Assembly (NCBI GenBank): GCA_002391195.1
Contig: DGRZ01000078.1
Coordinates: 16,681-80,680 of the forward strand
Length of the DNA stretch: 64,000 nt
Direction: 5' to 3'
Source of the DNA: Fibrobacter sp. UBA4375
GTDB taxonomy: Bacteria; Fibrobacterota; Fibrobacteria; Fibrobacterales; Fibrobacteraceae
Each line of letters starts with the position of its first letter. The stretch's first letter is position 1. Position numbers and translations under genes: made by a program. Positions 55,350 through 64,000 of the stretch are shown piece after piece. Below the pieces are notes generated by a model, which saw nothing but the letters and a program-made list of their open reading frames with translations, had not been told where the DNA came from and did not search any database.

Positions 55350-56546
55350 ATGAACCAGAAACTGAAAATTCTTCTTTCTTTCGCTATGGCCTTGTTCCTT
55401 GGGGCCTGCAGCGATTCCTCCAGTTCTTCTAGTGACGAAGACCAGGTGCTGCTCAGCACCACCGTCAAGAAGGACGGTATCGACATGCTGAGCTTTGGTA
55501 GCCTGAATCTGGACGTGGCGGCGGATTCGTTCCTTGCGGTATTTGAACTGGGGGACATTGTGACGGTGATGGTGAAAGGCTACGATACTCTGGAAGTTCC
55601 CGTTGTGCCGGACTACGATGCCGTTTCTCCCGGGGAACTGTTGTTGCGTGTGGTGTCGGGTAAGCCCCACGTGACTCTGGGCATCAACTTTGGTCAACTT
55701 GCCGTTGCCCTTGGCATTGCAGAAAATGCCCCCGCAGGTTCGGAATACCCCTACAGACTGAAAGACGTCAAGTTACCCATCGAGGTGAATGTTGCTCTGA
55801 AGGACAAGGGCGGCTTCAAGGAAAACCTTGAAATGCTGGAATACCAGAACTACGGACTGGTCATCGATAACTATCCGGAATTGTCCGTGGCGGATTTTGC
55901 CAACTTCAGGGAAATTGCTACCACGGGAATGGGGAAGGGGGTGCTCTATCGTTCCTCTAGCCCCATTGACCCGGTGGATGGCCGCAATACATACGCAGAT
56001 TCCCTGGCCAAGGCGGCCAAGGTGGCCACCTTCATCAACCTGACGGACACGGACAAGGGAGCCAAGGCCTACGAGGGTTTTGACAAGTCCTACTACGCTA
56101 CACAAAAAGTGGTTTACCTGTCTTTGCCGGCGTCGTTCACCACCAACCTCTTCAAGGAAGGTCTGGTAAAGGGCCTACGGTTCATGCTCGAAAACGAGGC
56201 CCCTTATCTGGTGCACTGCCAGATGGGCAAGGACCGTGCGGGCTTTGTGAGTGCCGTGCTGGAAACCTTGATGGGAACTTCTGCCGAAGAAGTGGAGAAG
56301 GACTACGTGAAGACCTACGATAACTACTACAACGTGGTGCACGGCAAGCAACAGCGCCTTACGGAGTCGCAGCTGGACTGGTTCCAGGCCCTGATTGTCC
56401 GCAATATGAAAATGGCCTACTCCGATGCGGGCGTGGATATCGAAGATTTCGAAAATGTTGACCTGGCCAAGGCCACGGAACAGTACCTGGAAAAGCTGGG
56501 ACTGTCCCAAAAAGAAGTAGCGGACCTGAAGGCCCGCCTGAAGTAG
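55350..56546 (+). CDS. Protein-tyrosine-phosphatase-fold lipoprotein
   Basis: LGAC lipobox; ANFRE, LYRSS, HCQMGKDRAG (CX5R). Confidence 0.88.
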   Translation: MNQKLKILLSFAMALFLGACSDSSSSSSDEDQVLLSTTVKKDGIDMLSFGSLNLDVAADSFLAVFELGDIVTVMVKGYDTLEVPVVPDYDAVSPGELLLRVVSGKPHVTLGINFGQLAVALGIAENAPAGSEYPYRLKDVKLPIEVNVALKDKGGFKENLEMLEYQNYGLVIDNYPELSVADFANFREIATTGMGKGVLYRSSSPIDPVDGRNTYADSLAKAAKVATFINLTDTDKGAKAYEGFDKSYYATQKVVYLSLPASFTTNLFKEGLVKGLRFMLENEAPYLVHCQMGKDRAGFVSAVLETLMGTSAEEVEKDYVKTYDNYYNVVHGKQQRLTESQLDWFQALIVRNMKMAYSDAGVDIEDFENVDLAKATEQYLEKLGLSQKEVADLKARLK

Positions 56547-56567
56547 TTTCTTTGAAAATGTCACGCT

Positions 56568-57401
56568 TTAGGAAAGGCGGATACCGTCGTCCTGGATCAG
56601 GATTTTTCCTTCGCGGTAGAGTGTCCCTAGAATTTTCTTGAAGGTCTTCTTGGACATGCCGAATTCCTTCTGGATGGTTTCCGGGTCGGTGTGGTCGCCG
56701 TAGGGCAGGAACCCGCCCGCTTCGGAGAGCTTCCGGAGCACTGCGTTCGGGCTGTCGCTTTTCATGAGCCCCTTGTAGCCTACGGGCGAAAGGTTCAGGG
56801 TGATTTTACCGTCGTTTGTGAACCGCTGGATGTAGCCCGGCATGGTGTCGCCGATGTAGATGCGTTTTGTGCCGGGCGTGACCATGAGGCGCCCCGTATA
56901 GCGGTAGTTCACCAGAAAGTCCACGTAGTCCGGCGTGACTTCGTAGGCGGCTAGTTCCACTCGCTCTCCCACGTGCAGTTCGGAGGTTTCGGTATCGATG
57001 AAGCTCTTGATTTTTTCGGTAGCCACCAGACGGTTGCTCTTGTCGTCTAGCAAGACGTAAACTACACAGCGGTCGCCCCGCTGGAGTTCTCCCAGCTGTT
57101 GCTTGTAGGGCAAGAACAGGTCCTTGTTCAGTCCCCAGTCCAGGAACGCTCCCACGTGGTTTACGTCCTTGACTTCCAGCACGGCGAATTCTCCGGCTTG
57201 GGCGTAAGGTTTTTGCAGGGTGGCGATAGGGCGGTCTTCGCTGTCCATATACACGAACACGTCCAGGATTTCGCCTTCTTCCAGGGAAAATTCGTCCCGG
57301 TTTCCGGGGAGCAACACCCTGCCGCCGGTTTCCAGTTCCAGGTAATAGCCCTGGGGCATGATGCTTTCAACCCGGGCGCGATTGTATTTGCCGATTTCCA
57401 T
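56568..57401 (-). CDS. cvfB: CvfB-family S1-domain RNA-binding protein
   Basis: VFVY.DSEDRPIAT, GAFLDWGL.KDL..P, FGMSKK.FKK.LG.LY. Confidence 0.9.
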   Translation of the reverse strand: MEIGKYNRARVESIMPQGYYLELETGGRVLLPGNRDEFSLEEGEILDVFVYMDSEDRPIATLQKPYAQAGEFAVLEVKDVNHVGAFLDWGLNKDLFLPYKQQLGELQRGDRCVVYVLLDDKSNRLVATEKIKSFIDTETSELHVGERVELAAYEVTPDYVDFLVNYRYTGRLMVTPGTKRIYIGDTMPGYIQRFTNDGKITLNLSPVGYKGLMKSDSPNAVLRKLSEAGGFLPYGDHTDPETIQKEFGMSKKTFKKILGTLYREGKILIQDDGIRLS

Positions 57402-57553
57402 AATAGCCTTTCCGTTCTGGTGTTTGTGATTGCAAAAATATAGGATTTTACAGTGTCGTGTCCGTGTTGGTTTCGGCAATAAGAACTCCCTGAGCCACGA
57501 ACCTCGTGCCTCGTGCCTCGACCCTTTATTTTATTATATTCAACGGTGGATCT

Positions 57554-58543
57554 ATGATAGACTTTATCGGCGACATTCACGGTCACGCGACCGAACTGCG
57601 GGCCCTGCTAAAAAAGTTGGGCTATGTGGAACGGGGTGGTGTTTTCGCCTATCCGGGAAATGCCCGTAAGGTGGTTTTTCTCGGGGACTACATCGACCGG
57701 GGCTGTGAATCCCGGGAGACTATAGACCTGGTCCGCGCCATGCGTGACGCCGGAGCTGCTACCGCCCTCATGGGAAACCACGAATTCAACACCCTCTGTT
57801 TTTGGCAGCAGAACGGTGCTGGCGGTGGGCATTTCCTGAAGACTATTACGGGCGGCTACCTGCGGGACCATTCCTTCAACAAGGTGGCCATCCTTGCACG
57901 GACGGTAGAATCTTACCGCGGGCGGCAGCAGGAATTCCAGGAGATGCTGGACTTTCTGAAAACCTTGCCGTTCTATATGGAAACGGACTTGTTCCGGGCG
58001 CAACATGCCTGCTATGACGCCGAATGCGTACAGACCCTGCGTGAGGCGGGCATTACAAGCTTTGCCGACGGAAATTTCGACGAACTGATTGCCCGTGCCT
58101 GCGACAGCCACAATGAATTTGAAGATTCCCTGTTCCACCCTCTGGATATCTTGCTGAAGGGCCCCGAGATGGAGCTGCCTGCAGGCGGGACCTTCCGGGA
58201 CGGCGAAGGCGTGGTGCGCAAGAAGATGCGGCTCCGCTGGTGGATTGACCCGAAGAACGCCACCCTCCAGGACATTGCCCTCCAGCCCGGCGTAGACTTT
58301 TCCGACGAACCCGTTCCTGAGTCCGTTCGGTCTCGAAAGTTCTACGGCGAAAACGAACGGCCCGTGTTTTTCGGGCACTACTGGCTTAAAGGCGAGCCTG
58401 CCCTTATCCGCAAAAACGTGTGCTGTCTGGATTACAGCATCGGGAGTTTTTTCGGGCATGGCCGTATGGTGGCCTATCGCTTTGACGGAGAGCAAACCCT
58501 TGATGCCCGCAAGTTCGTGTGGGTGGAGGGACCGTCGGTTTGA
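57554..58543 (+). CDS. Calcineurin-like metallophosphoesterase (ApaH/PrpA-like)
   Basis: GDIHG, GDYIDRG, MGNHE, FGHYW. Confidence 0.9.
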   Translation: MIDFIGDIHGHATELRALLKKLGYVERGGVFAYPGNARKVVFLGDYIDRGCESRETIDLVRAMRDAGAATALMGNHEFNTLCFWQQNGAGGGHFLKTITGGYLRDHSFNKVAILARTVESYRGRQQEFQEMLDFLKTLPFYMETDLFRAQHACYDAECVQTLREAGITSFADGNFDELIARACDSHNEFEDSLFHPLDILLKGPEMELPAGGTFRDGEGVVRKKMRLRWWIDPKNATLQDIALQPGVDFSDEPVPESVRSRKFYGENERPVFFGHYWLKGEPALIRKNVCCLDYSIGSFFGHGRMVAYRFDGEQTLDARKFVWVEGPSV

Positions 58544-59205
58544 AAACTCTCTCGTCTCTCGTCTCTCGTCTCTCGTCTCTTAAGCTGACCGTCTTCTTAC
58601 TGGTCGCGTTCCTTCTGGTCATATTCTGGGGCGTCTTGGGACAGGCAAACGCCGAAGCGGCAGGAATGCCTGCGTCTGTTGCGGTAGAACGGTTTTTCGG
58701 GAGCTATTTCGTCTGGGTTTTTGACGTGGTTCCCGTGCCTGCTATGAAAAGCTTGGCGGTGTTGGCCTGCGTGAACCTGGTGGCCGCCATGATCTTTCGT
58801 ATGCCCCGCGGTCTAAAGTTTGCTGGACTTTACGGAATCCACATCGCCCTGCTGGTGCTGCTTGCGGGGAGCCTTGTGGGAGGAGCCCTCCAGCAAGACT
58901 ACAACGGCTACAAGAACGTAGCGCCCGGAAGCGTGCCGGAAAAGTCCGGAACCTTGACCATGTTCCCCGCAGGAGACAGCCTCGGGACCGTCGCGGTGCA
59001 GTTTCCCCTGGAAACTGCCGGCTGGACCTACCATGTGGAATATCGCGGGCGTTTTCCCATGTCGCCCAAGGCCTCCATCGACCTCTATACGGTAACCTAC
59101 GACCCCATGCGTTTTGTGCCCTACGCTTTCATGTGCCTGATGCTGGTCAGTCTCGTTTTTCATTATGTGGTCGTGGTGGCGCGCGCCCGTAAGGGGGACT
59201 TGTGA
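58540..59205 (+). CDS. ResB/CcsB-like cytochrome c biogenesis membrane protein
   Basis: LSSLKLTV.L, G.Y.IH..LL.LL.G; upstream of a ccsA-like gene; TTG start overlapping the upstream stop. Confidence 0.6.
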   Translation: MKTLSSLVSRLSSLKLTVFLLVAFLLVIFWGVLGQANAEAAGMPASVAVERFFGSYFVWVFDVVPVPAMKSLAVLACVNLVAAMIFRMPRGLKFAGLYGIHIALLVLLAGSLVGGALQQDYNGYKNVAPGSVPEKSGTLTMFPAGDSLGTVAVQFPLETAGWTYHVEYRGRFPMSPKASIDLYTVTYDPMRFVPYAFMCLMLVSLVFHYVVVVARARKGDL

Positions 59206-60755
59206 AAAGGCTCTCTTCGGGACAGTTTGCGCATTTGTTGTTCCCGCACTTTTTATTCCTGCGCCCATTCCCGCGCTTTTTGTTCGCGCCGCTGCTCTTC
59301 GTGACGCTCCTGCTTGTGGCCTTGCCCTCGGCATGGGCTTCTGAACGGCCGGAACTGCGGTCTGAATTGCGGGGTTCGGCGACGGCGGTGGTGTACCAGG
59401 GGGAGGTGCGGCCTTTCGTCTCTTTTGCGCGAGATGTGTTGGACAACTTTTCGGGGAAGGTGTCCTACCGGTGCAAGGACGGCGAAGCTGAACGTTGCCC
59501 ACGTAAGATGCAGGCTGCCGAGGTGGTCCTGGGAATTGTGAAGAATGCCCCCCAAAGTCGGGACTGGAAACTTTTCAAGGTCTTGCGGAGCGACGTTTCG
59601 GAGGTCTTGCACCTGCCGCCAGGCGAACGTTACGTGAGTTACGGCCTGCTGCAACCTGCCCGGGACCTGCTGGAACTCTACGCCAGCCGAGATGACGGTC
59701 ATGCCGCCTCTCTGGAGATGAAACGGCTCTACGAAAATGTCCAGCTGTTCGAGACCCTGGGGGATAGCGCCCGGGTGAAGGAACTTTTCACCCTGGCAGA
59801 ACCCGCCCAGGCCGAAAGCGGCCCTACGGTTCGGCGGATCAATCTGGAACTGGCCTACTATTTTGTGGACCCTGTGCTGTGGGCGTTCGTTGCGGCTTTT
59901 GTCGGGTTCTTGCTTTCCCTCTTGAACCTGAATTTCAAGAAGACGGCTTTGGACCGAGCCGCCAACGGGGCAGGCCTTATGGCCTCGGTAATTCTGGTCT
60001 TGACTCTTGCGGTGCGCTTTGCGGTGACGGGCCACCCGCCTATGGCAAATTTGTACGAAATTATCTTGTGGGTGGCCCTGCTGCTGGAGTCCTTCGAGGT
60101 GGTGGCGTTTTTCCGTTGCCGCCGTCGCCAGTTCTCCCTGATGGTGCCTATCGCCTTCGTGGCGGCCCTGCTGTTGTTCTTTGCGAGGTTCGTGCTGGAA
60201 ACCGGCGATGCCTTCCGGGCGCTGCCCGCTATCTTGAATTCTTCGGTGTTCCTTACCCTCCATGTGTTTACCATCGCCATGGGTTTTGCGGGCATGATTC
60301 TTTCGGGAATCGTGGCTCATGTGGCCCTGTTCCGTTTCCGTGGCAGGGAAATCCCCCGAGATGAGCCACTCATGTCCCTGCTCTACGGCACCCTGGTTTT
60401 CGGTTCGGTCCTGACCATAGTGGGCACTCTTTTGGGTGGGGTGTGGGCGGACTTTGCCTGGGGGCGTTTCTGGGGGTTCGACCCCAAGGAATGCGGGGCC
60501 CTCTTTGTAATCCTCTGGGCCATGCTGGGTTTGCACCTGCGGGCCGGGCGCCTGGTGACAGGCCGGGGCTTTGTGCTGTTCAACGCTTTCAACGTGGTGG
60601 TCACCTTCCTCTGTTGGTTCGGAATCAACCTTCTGGGCGTGGGGCTTCACAGTTACGGCTTCCAGAACGGCACGTTTACCTGGCTCTTGAGCTTTGTTTT
60701 GGCGGACTGCGCCTTGATTCTCCTGTTAAATTTCTATTTTCGAAAACATGAGTGA
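59202..60755 (+). CDS. ccsA: Cytochrome c biogenesis protein CcsA-like
   Basis: GHPP..NLYE, L.S..L.LHV, GG.WA..AWGRFWGFDPKE, GLHSY. Confidence 0.88.
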   Translation: MKRLSSGQFAHLLFPHFLFLRPFPRFLFAPLLFVTLLLVALPSAWASERPELRSELRGSATAVVYQGEVRPFVSFARDVLDNFSGKVSYRCKDGEAERCPRKMQAAEVVLGIVKNAPQSRDWKLFKVLRSDVSEVLHLPPGERYVSYGLLQPARDLLELYASRDDGHAASLEMKRLYENVQLFETLGDSARVKELFTLAEPAQAESGPTVRRINLELAYYFVDPVLWAFVAAFVGFLLSLLNLNFKKTALDRAANGAGLMASVILVLTLAVRFAVTGHPPMANLYEIILWVALLLESFEVVAFFRCRRRQFSLMVPIAFVAALLLFFARFVLETGDAFRALPAILNSSVFLTLHVFTIAMGFAGMILSGIVAHVALFRFRGREIPRDEPLMSLLYGTLVFGSVLTIVGTLLGGVWADFAWGRFWGFDPKECGALFVILWAMLGLHLRAGRLVTGRGFVLFNAFNVVVTFLCWFGINLLGVGLHSYGFQNGTFTWLLSFVLADCALILLLNFYFRKHE

Positions 60756-61455
60756 GAATGTACCGAATGCAGAAGATGCCGCCGAGGAATCGGCGGAACT
60801 TCCGAAAGTGGAAAGCCGCGAAGACCTGATGCGCATTATCCAGGCCCTGGTCTTTGCGTCTCCGGATATCGTGACCCTGAAAAAGTTGCGGGAAATCCTG
60901 GGGGATTTCTTGGATGCCCGTACCGTGGCCGAGGCTCTGATTGCCGCCAACGATTCCTTGAACAAGATACAGTCTCCTTTCGAAATTGTGGAACAGGCCG
61001 GCGGTTACCGATTTAGGACCCGTGCCAAGTATTACCCCTGGGTGCGCAAGTTGTTCCCGGAAGCCAACGCCCGCAGGCTTTCCCAGGCGGCCCTGGAAAC
61101 ATTGGCCGTAATTGCATACCAGCAACCCATCACCAAGGCCGCCATTGAACAGGTCAGGGGCGTGGCCTCTGTCGATGGGCCGATCCGTAACCTGCTGGAC
61201 AAGGGATTTATTTCTCTGGGAGCCCGTGCGGAGACCGTGGGAAACCCCTATACCTACGTGACCACCCAGGAATTCATGAAGTATTTCGGGATTAACCGTA
61301 TTCCCGAAGATCTGCCCCGCTTGCGGGAATTCAGCGAACTTCTGGAGGCGGGCAATCTGGTGCCCCAGTATTCGATTCCCGAAAGTTCTCCGGAGGAGCC
61401 CAAGCCCCCCGAGGAAGTTCCGGACCAGATTGAGCTGTCCATGGGAGAGACCTGA
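60748..61455 (+). CDS. scpB: SMC-Scp complex subunit ScpB
   Basis: AGGYRFRT, RLSQAALETLAVIAYQQPIT...EQVRGV, YVTT.EF..YFG. Confidence 0.95.
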   Translation: MSENVPNAEDAAEESAELPKVESREDLMRIIQALVFASPDIVTLKKLREILGDFLDARTVAEALIAANDSLNKIQSPFEIVEQAGGYRFRTRAKYYPWVRKLFPEANARRLSQAALETLAVIAYQQPITKAAIEQVRGVASVDGPIRNLLDKGFISLGARAETVGNPYTYVTTQEFMKYFGINRIPEDLPRLREFSELLEAGNLVPQYSIPESSPEEPKPPEEVPDQIELSMGET

Positions 61456-64000
61456 TGGCCGCTACGCCCTTGATGCAGCAGTACTACGAAATCAAGAAAC
61501 AGAATCCGGGCTGCATACTTTTCTTTAGAATGGGGGATTTCTTCGAACTGTTCGAGGAAGATGCCGTTATCGCTTCCAAGATTTTAGGGCTTACCCTTAC
61601 CAGCCGCAACAACGGGGCTGCAGGGGAGACCCCCCTGTGCGGGTTCCCGCACCATGCGGCAGACCGCTACGTGCCCAAGATGGTGGCTGCCGGTTACCGC
61701 ATAGCCATCTGCGAACAGGTAGAAGACCCTAAGCTTGCCAAGGGAATCGTCAAACGTGACGTGGTGGAAATCATCAGCGCCGGAACCGCCATGGACGAGA
61801 CCAACCTGAACGCCAAGGAGGCCAACTACCTCTGTGCCTACACGCCGGCGGAATCGGGAGACGAGTCGGTGTTCGCCTTTGCGGACGTGACCACGGGTTA
61901 CCTTGCGGTAAGCAGGAGCTCGGTGCAGGCCTTCGAGTGCGAGTTCTGCCGCCGCATGCCCAAGGAAGTGGTGGTGGCCGAAGGTTGTGAAATCCCTTCG
62001 GGCGTCATGGACATTATCCGCTCCGAAAACATCCTGATTACGGAGATTCCCGCTTTTCTGTTCGGGGCGGAGCACGGGCGGGACGTGCTGTTTTCCCACT
62101 TCAAGGTGGAATCCCTGGTAGGCCTCGGCCTGGACGGTCGTGACCGTGAAACGGCGGTGACGGGCGCCCTCTTGCAGTATTTGATGGACCAGAAAAAGTC
62201 CGAGCTTTCCCACTTTACGGGTCTCGAGATTTTGAACCTGGACGACTACATGACCCTGGACCCCAGCACCTTGCGCAATCTGGAGCTGGTCCGCCCGCTG
62301 AACGCCGACGATTATTCCAGCACCTTGTGTTCCGTTCTGGACTTTACCGTTACCGCCATGGGCGGCCGCGTGCTGAAGGACTGGGTGAGCCACCCGCTGA
62401 TTTCGGTGGAGAGGATTCGGGAACGGCAGGCCGCCGTGACCGAGCTGGTAGGGAACCCCATGGCCCTGGACGAACTGAAGGAATCCCTCACCTCCATCCT
62501 GGACATGGAACGCCTGATGGGGCGGGTGGGGAGCGGTCGCGCCAACGCCCGTGACCTGGCCGGTATGGGTCGCTCCCTGTGCCAGGCCTCAAAAGTTGCC
62601 CGTGTGCTTTCGGAACTGCATTCCCCCTTGTTCGAACAGTTCCGTCAGGTGCTGGAACTGGCCAAAGGCAGGGGAGAGGAACTCCTGCAGAATTTCAACG
62701 ATGACTTGCCCCTGACGGTTCGCGAAGGCGGCATGATTCGGGAAGGCGCCAACGTGGAACTGGACGCCATGAACGCCGACATCAAGGATAAGCGCCAGTG
62801 GATTGCCTCCCTGGAAAGCCGCGAGCGGGAACGCTTGGAAATACCGAGCCTCAAGGTGGGCTACAACAGGGTGTTCGGCTACTACATCGAGATTACAAGA
62901 GCCCAGATGGCCAAGGCCACCAAGCCCATTCCCGACGAATACATCCGCAAGCAGACTACCGTCAACGCCGAGCGATACATCACTCCCGAAATGAAGGAGT
63001 GCGAGTCCGTCATCAGCAACGCCGAGGTGAACATCCACGAGCTGGAATACCGCATTTTCTGCCAGCTCAGGGACCGGGTGAACAGTTGGCGTAGCGAACT
63101 CCAGGAAATTGCCGACGCCATCGCCCGTGTGGATACGCTCTACAGTTTTGCCCGAGCTGCCCGCAAGTACAACTACGTGTGTCCGGAGGTTTATACCGGC
63201 ACGGGTATCGAGATTCGGGGCGGTTTCCACCCCGTCATCGTGGCGGTGAATCCGGATTTGGACTTTATCCCCAATGACGTGGAACTTTCTCCCGAGGCCA
63301 CCCGCCTGATGCTCATTACGGGCCCCAACATGGCGGGTAAATCTACTTACCTGCGGCAGACGGGACTGATTGTACTGATGGCCCAGATGGGCTGTTTTGT
63401 GCCGGCGGAATCGGCCCGCATAGGCGTGGTGGACCGGATTTTCACACGCGTGGGGGCCAGCGACCGCCTGAGTCGCGGGCTTTCTACCTTCATGGTGGAG
63501 ATGATCGAGACCGCCAACATTCTGCGGAACGCCACTCCCCACAGCCTGGTGCTGCTGGACGAAATCGGCCGCGGTACCAGTACCTTTGACGGTCTTTCCA
63601 TCGCCTGGTCCATCGTGGAGACTTTGCATAGCGAACCTTCCCGCATGGCGCTGACCCTTTTTGCCACCCACTATCACGAGCTGACCGGCCTTGTAGATTC
63701 CCTGGAACATGCGGGGAACTATCAGGTGGCGGTTCAGGAGAAAGGCGACAAGCTCATCTTCTTGCACAAGATTCTTGCCGGGGCTTGCGATTCCAGCTAC
63801 GGTATTCACGTGGCGGAAATGGCGGGACTCCCCTCTACGGTGGTGCGCCGGGCCCGCAAGATTCTGCTCCGTCTGGAAAAGCAGAAGATCGACCCCAGTG
63901 ACGAGGCGATTCACAAGAAGAATAAGGAAAAGCCCCAGATGGACCTGTTCGCCGCCCCCGACGAGTCCCTGACGCTCTTGAAACAGGAAATCTGCCGCCT
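61455..64000 (+). CDS. mutS: DNA mismatch repair protein MutS, partial (no stop in window; absent from ORF track)
   Basis: MAATPLMQQY...FFRMGDFFELF; ITGPNMAGKSTYLRQ; STFMVEM; LLDEIGRGTST; FATHYHEL. Confidence 0.98.
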   Translation, partial: MAATPLMQQYYEIKKQNPGCILFFRMGDFFELFEEDAVIASKILGLTLTSRNNGAAGETPLCGFPHHAADRYVPKMVAAGYRIAICEQVEDPKLAKGIVKRDVVEIISAGTAMDETNLNAKEANYLCAYTPAESGDESVFAFADVTTGYLAVSRSSVQAFECEFCRRMPKEVVVAEGCEIPSGVMDIIRSENILITEIPAFLFGAEHGRDVLFSHFKVESLVGLGLDGRDRETAVTGALLQYLMDQKKSELSHFTGLEILNLDDYMTLDPSTLRNLELVRPLNADDYSSTLCSVLDFTVTAMGGRVLKDWVSHPLISVERIRERQAAVTELVGNPMALDELKESLTSILDMERLMGRVGSGRANARDLAGMGRSLCQASKVARVLSELHSPLFEQFRQVLELAKGRGEELLQNFNDDLPLTVREGGMIREGANVELDAMNADIKDKRQWIASLESRERERLEIPSLKVGYNRVFGYYIEITRAQMAKATKPIPDEYIRKQTTVNAERYITPEMKECESVISNAEVNIHELEYRIFCQLRDRVNSWRSELQEIADAIARVDTLYSFARAARKYNYVCPEVYTGTGIEIRGGFHPVIVAVNPDLDFIPNDVELSPEATRLMLITGPNMAGKSTYLRQTGLIVLMAQMGCFVPAESARIGVVDRIFTRVGASDRLSRGLSTFMVEMIETANILRNATPHSLVLLDEIGRGTSTFDGLSIAWSIVETLHSEPSRMALTLFATHYHELTGLVDSLEHAGNYQVAVQEKGDKLIFLHKILAGACDSSYGIHVAEMAGLPSTVVRRARKILLRLEKQKIDPSDEAIHKKNKEKPQMDLFAAPDESLTLLKQEICR

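Noticed and set aside
51811-63914. Long minus-strand ORFs (465, 341, 465 and 441 aa)
   Set aside because: Shadows of wzi, capD, ccsA and mutS

Overview
About 35.8 kb of an integrated temperate prophage (left end outside the window) followed by about 28 kb of host chromosome. The host is most likely a Fibrobacter, judged from the Fib_succ_major/FISUMP lipoprotein and GTCAT-type palindromic repeats. The prophage has a leftward replication operon (ssb, initiator-like gene, RHH Cro-like gene), a divergent HTH repressor, and an accessory/defence block (micropeptide plus 2-TM SLATT-like gene, hicAB, CmdTAC-like ART toxin-antitoxin-SecB). Next come a lambda-like head module, a Mu-like contractile tail with a -1 frameshifted chaperone, a mosaic multi-gene fibre cassette, lysis genes and a tyrosine integrase just downstream of host rpsD. 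Host genes include rpsD, a GH55-like enzyme, endA, folC, a FISUMP lipoprotein, an orphan hicB, lgt, a PBP, orn, fabF, wzi, a capD/pglF-like gene, cvfB, ccsA-like genes, scpB and a partial mutS. The most unusual signals are a head-to-tail plug/socket motif linking consecutive fibre genes, a TGTKNC-N30-TATWTT promoter element repeated at exact spacing six times in the prophage, two cloverleaf-like RNA structures in the late operon, a DGR-variable-region-like 3' end on the FISUMP gene, and a chromosomal orphan HicB with an 11-codon HicA relic. All family calls are motif recognition by eye; no database searches were run.
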